40,506 bases of DNA from Saprospiraceae bacterium (GCA_036782555.1 DAIPYV010000001.1:1-40506), one strand, 5' to 3'; positions 27,504 to 34,837 are shown, counted from the first letter of the stretch. Notes: generated from the sequence alone by a model not told the origin. Made by a program: numbers and translations.

Positions 27504-27977
27504 CTAGTCCGTGTCTTCTTCTATAGTGTCTTCTTCTATTTTTGGTCTAACAACAATAATTGAAGATTTTAGTTTATCACCTCCAGAAGTGATGTCAAGT
27601 TTATTGTCATCATAACCAATCATTTTTGAAATTTGTTGATATGCTTTAATTGCATTTTCGTGAAATTTAAACGATTGTGGATGTTCTTCTACATATTCAG
27701 ATCTTGCAGCTAACTTACGGAGCTTTTCAACTATCTGAGCTTTGGAAATTCCGAGTGTTTCTTCGATGTCATTTTTAAGCTCTTTTATTCTTGCTTGCAC
27801 CTTGCTCACATTTTTCACATGAAAAGCTCGCCTGTGAATAGTTTCAGGTAGCATATTCGAAAAGTTATAAGCAGATTTATAAGCTTGAGTTGCATTCATC
27901 GATACAACATACTCTTTACAGAACCTTTCTTGTCTGTCTGTTAGCTTTTGATTTTTTTCTGTTTTTTTATATGACAT
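27504..27977 (-). CDS. terS: Terminase small subunit (Terminase_2/P27-like)
   Basis: LTDRQERFCKEYVVSMNATQAYKSAYNFS matches the conserved N-terminal HTH pattern of P27-family small terminases. Confidence 0.75.
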   Translation of the reverse strand: MSYKKTEKNQKLTDRQERFCKEYVVSMNATQAYKSAYNFSNMLPETIHRRAFHVKNVSKVQARIKELKNDIEETLGISKAQIVEKLRKLAARSEYVEEHPQSFKFHENAIKAYQQISKMIGYDDNKLDITSGGDKLKSSIIVVRPKIEEDTIEEDTD

Positions 27978-27978
27978 A

Positions 27979-28131
27979 TTATAAATTTAAAACAAAAATT
28001 GCTAATTTATAAACTAATACTAGAAATATAACAAGCTCTAAAAATAATTCTGCAAAAGTAATTAAAGCTAAAATAGAATTTATTGCTTTGCTAGGACCTT
28101 TAAAATAAGTAAATATTAAATATAATATCAT
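27979..28131 (-). CDS. Small two-helix membrane protein (50 aa), not in the ORF track
   Basis: MILYLIFTYFKGPSKAINSILALITFAELFLELVIFLVLVYKLAIFVLNL*. ATGA overlap with the stop of 28128..28388. Stop lies 1 nt before the TerS ATG. Confidence 0.35.
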   Translation of the reverse strand: MILYLIFTYFKGPSKAINSILALITFAELFLELVIFLVLVYKLAIFVLNL

Positions 28132-28388
28132 AGCTTATCTATTTCTTTAATTGTTAATTCAAGTTGTTCATTAGCAGCCTGCATCACTTTGTTAGTATTA
28201 TTTACTTCTATATATATCTTAGGGAATAAAGAACCACCTGAGTCGTTAACATAAACAGCTACTAAAATATAGCCTATTACACTCTCAATACAAATTGAGA
28301 TTTTATTCTCTTTATACTCAGTTAAATATTCATAGTAGTAACACTCATGTGAAAGATCTATTTTTTTAAAGTCTGTTTCTTTAATCAT
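28128..28388 (-). CDS. Hypothetical protein (86 aa)
   Basis: ORF track. Confidence 0.5.
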   Translation of the reverse strand: MIKETDFKKIDLSHECYYYEYLTEYKENKISICIESVIGYILVAVYVNDSGGSLFPKIYIEVNNTNKVMQAANEQLELTIKEIDKL

Positions 28389-28391
28389 AAC

Positions 28392-28505
28392 TTAATCTAT
28401 ATATAGATTATTTTGTTGATATGTTTTTGTCAAAAAATAATTAAACCCTATAGTTAAAAAACCTAGTAATAAAGTTGTTATAGTTAAAAGTATTACAATT
28501 TTCAT
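28392..28505 (-). CDS. Small membrane protein (37 aa), not in the ORF track
   Basis: MKIVILLTITTLLLGFLTIGFNYFLTKTYQQNNLYID*. Starts 5 nt after the stop of 28511..29077. Confidence 0.3.
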   Translation of the reverse strand: MKIVILLTITTLLLGFLTIGFNYFLTKTYQQNNLYID

Positions 28506-28510
28506 AAGGT

Positions 28511-29077
28511 TTACTTCCCTCTAGTAATAGTTAAAATGACACCTCCAATTAAAAGTACAGCTAAAACAATTGGGAAAAGTAAACTCTCTATTCCTCCTGA
28601 TCTTACAGTCATTATAGGCTGTTGTGGTTTATCCGCTACAACAGTTTGAGTTTTCTTAACTTCTGGTTTAACCACCTCTTGCTTAGGCTGTGGTTTTATA
28701 ACTGGCAATTTGTCAGTTTGAGTTTCTTTTACTGGCTCTGGTTTAACTACTACAACTTCTGGCTTAGGCTCTGTAGGTTTAATTATAACAGGTGTAGGCT
28801 CTACTGATATTATCGGCAAAGCTAGATTTAATTGTTTAGCCCAATTAATTAATATTGGGTATTGTTGAGCATAATCCATAATTTGTTTATCACTAACAGT
28901 AGTTGCAAAAGTAATGTCACCTTTAAAATTTGCACATGGAGTTAACTTGTAACTCTGAATCTGATTGACCAAAGAAATGTCAATTTTTGAAAAATCTGGG
29001 TTGTTTTTTAACTTTATAGTTGCTACTTGGCAAGTAGGTGTTTTTCCTGTTAGGTTTAGTTTGAGGTTGTAAGTCAT
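28511..29077 (-). CDS. Tail-anchored membrane protein with Pro/Lys/Glu-rich (TonB-like) spacer
   Basis: 188 aa. KPTEPKPEVVVVKPEPVKE..VIKPQPKQEVVKPEVKK spacer, then a C-terminal TM helix LLFPIVLAVLLIGGVILTI. Confidence 0.55.
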   Translation of the reverse strand: MTYNLKLNLTGKTPTCQVATIKLKNNPDFSKIDISLVNQIQSYKLTPCANFKGDITFATTVSDKQIMDYAQQYPILINWAKQLNLALPIISVEPTPVIIKPTEPKPEVVVVKPEPVKETQTDKLPVIKPQPKQEVVKPEVKKTQTVVADKPQQPIMTVRSGGIESLLFPIVLAVLLIGGVILTITRGK

Positions 29078-29086
29078 AGTAATTTA

Positions 29087-29115
29087 CTAATATAATTTAT
29101 TTTATTTTTTGTCAA
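29087..29115 (-). promoter_or_regulatory. Sigma70-type promoter TTGACA-N17-TATTAG on the - strand
   Basis: -35 at 29115-29110 and -10 at 29092-29087. The predicted +1 lies ~3 nt before ATG 29077. Confidence 0.5.
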
Positions 29116-29118
29116 GAA

Positions 29119-29622
29119 TTAACTCTTAACATTGAGTATACACACATAACAGTACTTGTATTTCTCTCTTAAAAAATCAATATGTTTCTGGTCTATATCT
29201 GAATCAGTGAACTCTTCCCCTACCCCAATAATTTTAAATTTTTTGCCTTTGCGATCATTAGATACAGTCTCAGTATCAATCAGCCAAGGGTCGTCAGATA
29301 CATGCACATATTGGTCAATAAAAGCCTTATCAGCATAATTCTTGCCGTCATCCATAAATATTGAATCTCCTCTATCAATAATCTTAAGCTTGAGTTCATC
29401 TCCTTCAACTGCCCTATACTCTTGAGGGTCTACATCAGCTGGATGTCTCTGTTGGAATCTAGTTTTACCGTTTTCATCGCAAACATCAACTAAAATATAG
29501 GTATTACTTCCAATAGTGTAAATTTGTCTTAGATAATAAAGTTGGCCAGATTCAGCTTTTTCTATCCTTTCTTTTTGCTTTTGGATAGTTTCAGCTACAA
29601 GTGTGTTATGAATCTTCATCAT
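29119..29622 (-). CDS. Hypothetical protein (~167 aa)
   Basis: The ORF track opens at TTG 29640. The first ATG (MMKIHN) is at 29622, and a CTTGACA element sits at 29661-29667. Confidence 0.5.
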   Translation of the reverse strand: MMKIHNTLVAETIQKQKERIEKAESGQLYYLRQIYTIGSNTYILVDVCDENGKTRFQQRHPADVDPQEYRAVEGDELKLKIIDRGDSIFMDDGKNYADKAFIDQYVHVSDDPWLIDTETVSNDRKGKKFKIIGVGEEFTDSDIDQKHIDFLREKYKYCYVCILNVKS

Positions 29623-29671
29623 AGATTTATGATTTAACAAAAATCTTATATTCTATTTTCTGTCAAGGATT

Positions 29672-29923
29672 TTAGCGGTTTCTCCACTTTTCTCTCCTAT
29701 CATTAAGGCTAAACTCATTAAGCATACCTTTTTTGGAAGCTCCTTTAAACTCTACTATACCCTCAAAAATATTCTGGATGTGTCGTTCTTCTGGTTTGAC
29801 CTCGTAGCTTTCATTTTCAGAGGTTTCAGTTTCAGTTTCGATACTTGATTCACCGAATACAGCATTAACCTCTTTCTGTGTAAGTTTTGGGTCAATTAAG
29901 AGTTGTTTAGATTCTTTAGTCAT
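29672..29923 (-). CDS. Hypothetical acidic protein (83 aa)
   Basis: ORF track; 1 nt downstream of dnaB. Confidence 0.5.
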   Translation of the reverse strand: MTKESKQLLIDPKLTQKEVNAVFGESSIETETETSENESYEVKPEERHIQNIFEGIVEFKGASKKGMLNEFSLNDRREKWRNR

Positions 29924-29924
29924 A

Positions 29925-31178
29925 TTAGATATTGCTTAAATTTAAATCTGCAAATTTAGCTAATTTACTGTCAAAAATTAAATCAAATTTACCACCTGCA
30001 TTGTGTCTCGATGTCACAAAACAACTTGCTTTTTGATCTTTTCTATACAATAACAAAATCATATCACTAGTCTCTTCAATACCTCCGCAATCTTTTAAGT
30101 CTGACAATAAAGGTCTTTCATCACCTCTTTTTTCTACCTCCCTGTTTAATTGAGCTAATAGAATTATAGGAGTTTTAAGTTCTCTAGCTAACAATTTAAG
30201 CTGTCTCACAACAAAATCATACTCTTCAATTTTTCCCCCCCGTCTAAACTGACCATCTGTTTTAACAAAAGATAGCTGGTCAATTATCACTAGATCTATA
30301 TGTCCCTGCATATCCTCTCTTCTAATCATCTGCTCCAAAGACCAAACATTTGTATTATCAGTAAATAATTTTAGGTTTAGTTGTGATAACTCTTCTAAAC
30401 CTTTTTTAAACTGATTTTGATATTTAGCTTGAGCAAATTGGGATATATTATCTTGACTCGCCCAATTTTTCACTACTGTAGGAGATACACCTCCTAAATA
30501 AGCTATAGATTTATCTATAATTTCTTCTTGACTCATTTCTAAACTAAAGAAAACTACTTTTTTCCCTGTTTTAGCTACTTCTAAAGCTGTTTGTAGAGCA
30601 AAAGTAGACTTACCCATTTTTGCTCTAGCTCCAATTGTGACAAGCCACCCCTGCCCGATTGTAATATTTTCATCAATAAAACATTTCAAAGGAAAGTTGA
30701 GTGTAGGTGAATTAGCAGTAGCCGCTTTTTGCTCCAGCCAGTTTCCCAAACAATCAGATACGCTCAATAAATTTTGCGTAGTATTAAAACTTTCTATCAT
30801 TTGTAAGTTATTTTTCAAATTTTCTATGTTTGTATGATTTACTCCATCTTGTAAAGTTTGTTGTAATAATTTAGTTGACTCTCTGTTTTTGTAATTGCTA
30901 CGTAAATGATCAATAGCAGTGTTAATATTGGTCCAAGTAGTTTTCGAAATAGCGTTGATAAGTACATCTTCAAAATCTAAACCAGACCCTAATTTTAAGC
31001 TTAGAAAATCAATTGTCTGGCCTGTTTTATATAACTCAAGTGCTGTTTGGTAGTATTGAGAAATAATCGGATTTTCAAAGTGCTTAGATTCTAATCCTGT
31101 ACACTCTAAAACGTTTTTGTTGTTAGCTAAAATGTGGCCTAATATTGTGAGTTCAATTTCGTGAATAGTGTTAGTCAT
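29925..31178 (-). CDS. dnaB: Replicative DNA helicase (DnaB family)
   Basis: Walker A GARAKMGKST, Walker B LVIIDQLSF, and LLAQLNREVEKRGDERPLLSDLKDCGGIEETSDMILLLYR, typical of DnaB. Confidence 0.9.
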   Translation of the reverse strand: MTNTIHEIELTILGHILANNKNVLECTGLESKHFENPIISQYYQTALELYKTGQTIDFLSLKLGSGLDFEDVLINAISKTTWTNINTAIDHLRSNYKNRESTKLLQQTLQDGVNHTNIENLKNNLQMIESFNTTQNLLSVSDCLGNWLEQKAATANSPTLNFPLKCFIDENITIGQGWLVTIGARAKMGKSTFALQTALEVAKTGKKVVFFSLEMSQEEIIDKSIAYLGGVSPTVVKNWASQDNISQFAQAKYQNQFKKGLEELSQLNLKLFTDNTNVWSLEQMIRREDMQGHIDLVIIDQLSFVKTDGQFRRGGKIEEYDFVVRQLKLLARELKTPIILLAQLNREVEKRGDERPLLSDLKDCGGIEETSDMILLLYRKDQKASCFVTSRHNAGGKFDLIFDSKLAKFADLNLSNI

Positions 31179-31186
31179 AAATAATT

Positions 31187-32053
31187 TTAATTATTTTGGT
31201 AATATTCTTGAGGAGTATAAAAATCTGACAATTGCTGCCAATGTGAGATACTCTTCCAACCCTGTAATTTCCATTCTGGGAGGTTTTTTTCTTCTTCTTG
31301 ACTCTTGGTATTAGCTACTGCCCAAAAGCTCTTAAAATCATCAATCCAGAAGCGATGAGAGGTAATCAATTGTTCTCGAAAGTTGCGTTTACTCCCTCGC
31401 TCTCTTTTCAACCAAATAAAATAGGCTTCAAGTTCTTTTTCTGTTTTGAAAGTGGTCTCTAACTTTTCAACGATAGTGGCTAAATGCGGTACACCCTGTT
31501 CTTGGGGGCTAAGAGAAAAACTATTAACAAAGAGAGAGAGGAAGTCTGGATAAGCTGGTGAGTCTCGATGTATTTCGCAATTCGCAGAAACAGGTTGAGA
31601 TACAGAATCAGAATTTTGGTTTTTTGTTTCTCTCTCTTCTCTTCTCTCTTCTTCTTTATCTTTGTATATATAATGTTGTGAAAAAACTGTATCACTAGTA
31701 CCCCATTTTTTTGATGACAAGTGACCCAGAATTTTAACTACTGAATCTGAAGCGATTAAGAGGTAATTTTGGGCTGGCAAGCCCTTCTTTTCGATTGTCA
31801 AAATTCCTAATTTTTTAAGAATTTTTTCTGATTCGGTTTGTCTGTAATTTGACAATCCAGTATCTTCCTCAATTAACTCTCTAGAATAGTAAAAACTATC
31901 TCCATTTTGTATTTTTTCGGTCTCAATTAAGTGATTTTCTTTGTTTATGATTGCACCTAAATATACTGCACAATCTAAACCAAAAGTTTTTATAAAATGT
32001 TTGTTAATGGTTAGAAAATTACCTGAACCAATTAAAATGTTATGTGCATTCAT
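31187..32053 (-). CDS. Replication initiation / replisome organiser protein (DnaD- or phage-O-like wHTH N-terminus), putative
   Basis: 288 aa directly upstream of dnaB. The N-terminal ~100 aa (FLTINKHFIKTFGLDCAVYLGAIINK..TGLSNYRQTESEKILKKLGIL) looks like a winged helix. Call rests on position plus pattern. Confidence 0.5.
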   Translation of the reverse strand: MNAHNILIGSGNFLTINKHFIKTFGLDCAVYLGAIINKENHLIETEKIQNGDSFYYSRELIEEDTGLSNYRQTESEKILKKLGILTIEKKGLPAQNYLLIASDSVVKILGHLSSKKWGTSDTVFSQHYIYKDKEEERREERETKNQNSDSVSQPVSANCEIHRDSPAYPDFLSLFVNSFSLSPQEQGVPHLATIVEKLETTFKTEKELEAYFIWLKRERGSKRNFREQLITSHRFWIDDFKSFWAVANTKSQEEEKNLPEWKLQGWKSISHWQQLSDFYTPQEYYQNN

Positions 32054-32220
32054 ATTATATTAATTTCCAATAGTTTAACTTAAAAATATCTGCCAAGCCA
32101 ATTGCACGGCTTTATAATTTTCAATTTTGGGATTTAGTTTGTAAATAGTAGATACTATAAGTCGTAGTTTTTTATACTGTATGAAGCTTATTTTCATATA
32201 TTTTAATTATATAGAGGCAC

Positions 32221-32246
32221 AAAAAAAACCCCCGATTTAACGGGAG
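32221..32246 (-). terminator. Intrinsic terminator T1 (minus strand)
   Basis: On the - strand: CTCCCG-ttaaat-CGGGGG (one G-U pair) followed by T8. Confidence 0.6.
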
Positions 32247-32264
32247 AGAATACAGAACTTGGTT
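32221..32264 (-). ncRNA. Predicted ~44-nt terminated transcript from P1
   Basis: Promoter 32271-32299 and terminator 32221-32246 bracket AACCAAGUUCUGUAUUC plus the hairpin. No ORF. Confidence 0.4.
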
Positions 32265-32368
32265 AATTTAATACTAAAACAAAACTGCAACTTTGTCAAG
32301 TACTTTTTTTAACTAGGTTAGATTTCTCCCTAGTCTTACCAAATACATAACAACCAAGTTCTGTATTC
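32248..32368. repeat. Perfect 17-bp inverted repeat (32248-32264 / 32352-32368) around an 87-bp promoter-bearing segment
   Basis: GAATACAGAACTTGGTT and AACCAAGTTCTGTATTC, checked base by base. Confidence 0.9.
32271..32299 (-). promoter_or_regulatory. Promoter P1, TTGACA-N17-TAGTAT (minus strand)
   Basis: -35 at 32299-32294 and -10 at 32276-32271. The predicted +1 falls on the first base of the left IR arm. Confidence 0.55.
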
Positions 32369-32383
32369 GATAAGAATATTTCG

Positions 32384-32412
32384 ATCTAAAACAACAACTC
32401 ATATTTTGTCAA
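32384..32412 (-). promoter_or_regulatory. Promoter P2 candidate, TTGACA-N17-TTAGAT (minus strand)
   Basis: Consensus -35 at 32412-32407; weak -10. Confidence 0.4.
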
Positions 32413-32441
32413 CTATCCTATTTTTCTGGATAGTTCATAAC

Positions 32442-32482
32442 AAAAAAAGTCACATGAGTAAAACGAGATACTCAATGTGACT
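32442..32482 (-). terminator. Intrinsic terminator T3 (minus strand)
   Basis: 13-bp stem AGTCACAT(t)GAGTA / TACTCATGTGACT (32448-32482) followed by a T-run (A-run 32442-32448 on the + strand). Confidence 0.65.
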
Positions 32483-32524
32483 GTAATACGCTAGTGTGAC
32501 GTAAGTTCTTCCAGGGTAAGAACC
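32442..32524 (-). ncRNA. Predicted ~83-nt terminated transcript from P3
   Basis: Bracketed by promoter 32531-32559 and terminator T3. Contains a second hairpin GTTCTT/AAGAAC. No ORF. Confidence 0.4.
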
Positions 32525-32530
32525 ACCTTA

Positions 32531-32559
32531 GTAATAAAATTTTTCTCTAACCTTGTCAA
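32531..32559 (-). promoter_or_regulatory. Promoter P3, TTGACA-N17-TATTAC (minus strand)
   Basis: -35 at 32559-32554 and -10 at 32536-32531. Confidence 0.5.
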
Positions 32560-32596
32560 TATCTAAAATATAGGTATGAAATATAATGCAAATTAT

Positions 32597-32601
32597 GGAG
32601 G
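32597..32601 (+). promoter_or_regulatory. Shine-Dalgarno GGAGG, 7 nt before ATG 32609
   Basis: One of very few canonical SD sequences I noticed in the window. A TATAAT hexamer lies at 32582-32587. Confidence 0.5.
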
Positions 32602-32608
32602 TCATCTA

Positions 32609-32779
32609 ATGACTAACAACAAAGAAAGGTTTGACCCTATTGTTAAAATGTCAGAGTATATTGAAGCCAGAGCTGACGCCCAAGATAAAGCAGCAGCTAA
32701 AGTAGTTGAGTATCTACACTATCGCATTGAACAAGCCCAAAATACAACTGACACTGACAAGGAGGATAAATCCAAGTAA
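32609..32779 (+). CDS. Hypothetical helical protein (56 aa), first rightward gene
   Basis: The ORF track opens at 32576. ATG 32609 (MTNNKERF) has the GGAGG at proper spacing. Confidence 0.5.
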   Translation: MTNNKERFDPIVKMSEYIEARADAQDKAAAKVVEYLHYRIEQAQNTTDTDKEDKSK

Positions 32780-32786
32780 TGTTTGC

Positions 32787-32815
32787 ACCGTCTATATTAA
32801 ATTATAGGCGGTTTT
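32787..32815 (+). terminator. Intrinsic terminator candidate
   Basis: 10-bp stem ACCGTCTATA/TATAGGCGGT (one G-U pair), loop TTAAAT, then TTTAT. Confidence 0.5.
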
Positions 32816-32836
32816 ATCATCTTAATTAATAATTAC

Positions 32837-32865
32837 TTGCACAAAAATAAAAAGAAATATATAAT
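32837..32865 (+). promoter_or_regulatory. Sigma70-type promoter, cassette type 2 (TTGCAC-N17-TATAAT)
   Basis: cttaattaataattacTTGCACaaaaataaaaagaaataTATAAT; the cassette recurs at 36692 and 37487. Confidence 0.6.
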
Positions 32866-32907
32866 TAATGTAAGAGGAATTTTTAGCCCTCACTTATATA
32901 AAAACAT

Positions 32908-33402
32908 ATGACTAAAACAAAACTAATCTCACTACTTACAATTGGCTTGGCTTTATCTGGCTGTATTTATGCCTTAATGTACAAATCTGAAGTTGTTACC
33001 TCTTCTGTTAACACATCAGCTCAGACAGAAATTAAAACCCCTAAAAAGCCTGATTTTGTTCCTTTGATGAATACACAAGCTACAGAGCCAGCGGTTACAA
33101 GAATTGTTGACGAAAAAACAAATATAATTTCTAGTGTGTCTACTTATGAAAGACCTAAAAAAATTAGCTCTTCAACTGCTAAAAAAGTTTTACCACCGAT
33201 TAAAGTATCCAAAGTACCCCAAAGTCAGAATGATGGAAACTCCCAGCCCCTACCAAAAGTAGAAGCTACTCAAGAATTATCAGAGGCTAAAGGTGGTTTT
33301 GCTATGCCTGAATTACCTGAGACTGAAACTACTAATACTGTTGATATTTGCTCTACTCGGTCACAAAACAACCCTGAGACTGAATTAGAATATTGCATTT
33401 AA
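32908..33402 (+). CDS. Lipoprotein (possible superinfection-exclusion type surface protein)
   Basis: Signal peptide with lipobox: MTKTKLISLLTIGLALSG-C. The mature part is low-complexity and Pro/Ser/Thr/Lys-rich. Confidence 0.65.
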   Translation: MTKTKLISLLTIGLALSGCIYALMYKSEVVTSSVNTSAQTEIKTPKKPDFVPLMNTQATEPAVTRIVDEKTNIISSVSTYERPKKISSSTAKKVLPPIKVSKVPQSQNDGNSQPLPKVEATQELSEAKGGFAMPELPETETTNTVDICSTRSQNNPETELEYCI

Positions 33403-33405
33403 TTC

Positions 33406-33434
33406 TTGACACAAATAAAAAAATATATTATGTA
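33406..33434 (+). promoter_or_regulatory. Promoter candidate TTGACA-N17-TATGTA (degenerate type 2 cassette)
   Basis: cTTGACAcaaataaaaaaatatat aligns with the type 2 cassette with small deletions. Poor -10. Confidence 0.3.
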
Positions 33435-33480
33435 TTGATTGGGTTGTTTAGGCACAACTCCAGTCATAAATAATAGGTTC

Positions 33481-33510
33481 ACCCCGCAGTAATAGGCGGG
33501 GTTAATCTTT
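33481..33510 (+). terminator. GC-rich hairpin, weak terminator candidate
   Basis: ACCCCGC(33481-33487)/GCGGGGT(33496-33502), 8-nt loop. The downstream tract TAATCTTT is T-poor. Confidence 0.3.
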
Positions 33511-33526
33511 GGCTAATAATTATTAT

Positions 33527-33555
33527 TTGACAAAATATGAAATAATGTGTAATTA
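33527..33555 (+). promoter_or_regulatory. TTGACAAAAT-class promoter (TTGACA-N17-TAATTA)
   Basis: TATTATTTGACAAAATAT is identical over 18 nt to 34058-34075. ATG 33566 lies ~10 nt after the -10. Confidence 0.4.
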
Positions 33556-33565
33556 ATATCATATT

Positions 33566-33799
33566 ATGACCTTAACACAAGCATACTTCCTAGTTCGCAG
33601 AAATTCAGTTTTGAGAGCTGAATTTATTAATAGACGCAAAGCCATATCTAAAGAATTAAGAGCTGAACTTAAAACCAAACAAAAAAAGGCTATTAAAGAT
33701 TTAATCACTGAATTTGAACCAGAATTAAAAAAACTCAAAAATCCTAACAGGAGACCTAAAAAAGTAGAAACTCAAGCTGAAGAAGTAAAATACTGGTAG
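33566..33799 (+). CDS. Small highly basic protein (77 aa), possible nucleic-acid binder
   Basis: Arg/Lys-rich: VRRNSVLRAEFINRRKAISKELRAELKTKQKK..NPNRRPKK. Confidence 0.5.
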   Translation: MTLTQAYFLVRRNSVLRAEFINRRKAISKELRAELKTKQKKAIKDLITEFEPELKKLKNPNRRPKKVETQAEEVKYW

Positions 33800-33800
33800 T

Positions 33801-34085
33801 ATGTCTTCTTTCACATTATATTTTTGTACGTATAAAATACTAGCTTGTCACTCTGATGGTACTGTTGTATGGTCACAATCAATAATTTCCAACATTTGGA
33901 TTAGATTTAAGGATTATTTTGGCTTTGTACCACCTAAAACTATTAAGATTACTAAATCTGACCAATTGCTTGAGCTTGTACGAACTCAACCTATAAGTTA
34001 TTATGATGTAGCTGACATTCTAAATGGCATAAACAAACACAACAAATTATTATTTGACAAAATATACAATATATTATATCGTTAG
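33801..34085 (+). CDS. Hypothetical protein (94 aa)
   Basis: ORF track. Confidence 0.45.
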   Translation: MSSFTLYFCTYKILACHSDGTVVWSQSIISNIWIRFKDYFGFVPPKTIKITKSDQLLELVRTQPISYYDVADILNGINKHNKLLFDKIYNILYR

Positions 34086-34092
34086 TATGTTT
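34064..34092 (+). promoter_or_regulatory. TTGACAAAAT-class promoter candidate inside the 3' end of ORF 33801..34085
   Basis: TTGACA at 34064-34069; -10 ambiguous (TATCGT at N17). Confidence 0.3.
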
Positions 34093-34114
34093 ACAGTTAA
34101 ACTAACCTATTATT

Positions 34115-34834
34115 ATGTCACTAACAGATACACTCCAAAACCAAATACCCAACCCTGTAAAAAAATATCTTCAGTGGTCTGGTGACCGCAACACTTTATT
34201 TTATTGGGATAAAGATTTGTCGCAACAATTAGATGTTCCCCTACCCTGCACTTTTATTGTACTAGACACTCTGGCAACAATTAGAGGTTGGAATGATTCT
34301 GATCAATGTGGAATTTATGCTAATGAAGTACGTAACATCTTGCAAGAAGATTTTATTGTTAGAACTTTTGGCAACAAAAAAACTAATACCAAAAGTAAAA
34401 TTCTTGCTACTGGTAAGTATAGAGATATTAAAGGCAGCTTAGACGGTGGTAAATTTGCTACTTCAGCTTACATCTATTACAATAACGAGCTCTGTAACTT
34501 AACTATGGCAGGTTCAGCCCTAAACGCTTGGATAGATGCTAACATTAAATCTGATGGCACTGAAATTATTTGGGCAGCTGGGCCAGAAGTTAGCAGAAAA
34601 GGTAAAACTGAATACTTTATACCTTTAATCGCTAAAGCTGAAAAATTACATCAAGAGCATTTAGAAGGTGCTTTACAAGCAGATAAAGAATTAAAGGAAT
34701 ATTTTAAAGCAAGATCTGTTTTAGCTAACAACTCATTTACTTTACAAATAGATGAAGAAATAGACGAAGAAATAGCTAACATACCAGTTGAAGACATGAA
34801 AAATGACGATTCAAGCGTTATTATGCCGTTTTAA
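34115..34834 (+). CDS. Putative ssDNA-binding / recombination-associated protein with SSB-like acidic C-terminal tip
   Basis: 239 aa. The acidic tail ..DEEIDEEIANIPVEDMKNDDSSVIMPF ends like the bacterial SSB tip (DDDIPF). No fold recognised. Confidence 0.4.
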   Translation: MSLTDTLQNQIPNPVKKYLQWSGDRNTLFYWDKDLSQQLDVPLPCTFIVLDTLATIRGWNDSDQCGIYANEVRNILQEDFIVRTFGNKKTNTKSKILATGKYRDIKGSLDGGKFATSAYIYYNNELCNLTMAGSALNAWIDANIKSDGTEIIWAAGPEVSRKGKTEYFIPLIAKAEKLHQEHLEGALQADKELKEYFKARSVLANNSFTLQIDEEIDEEIANIPVEDMKNDDSSVIMPF

Positions 34835-34837
34835 GAT

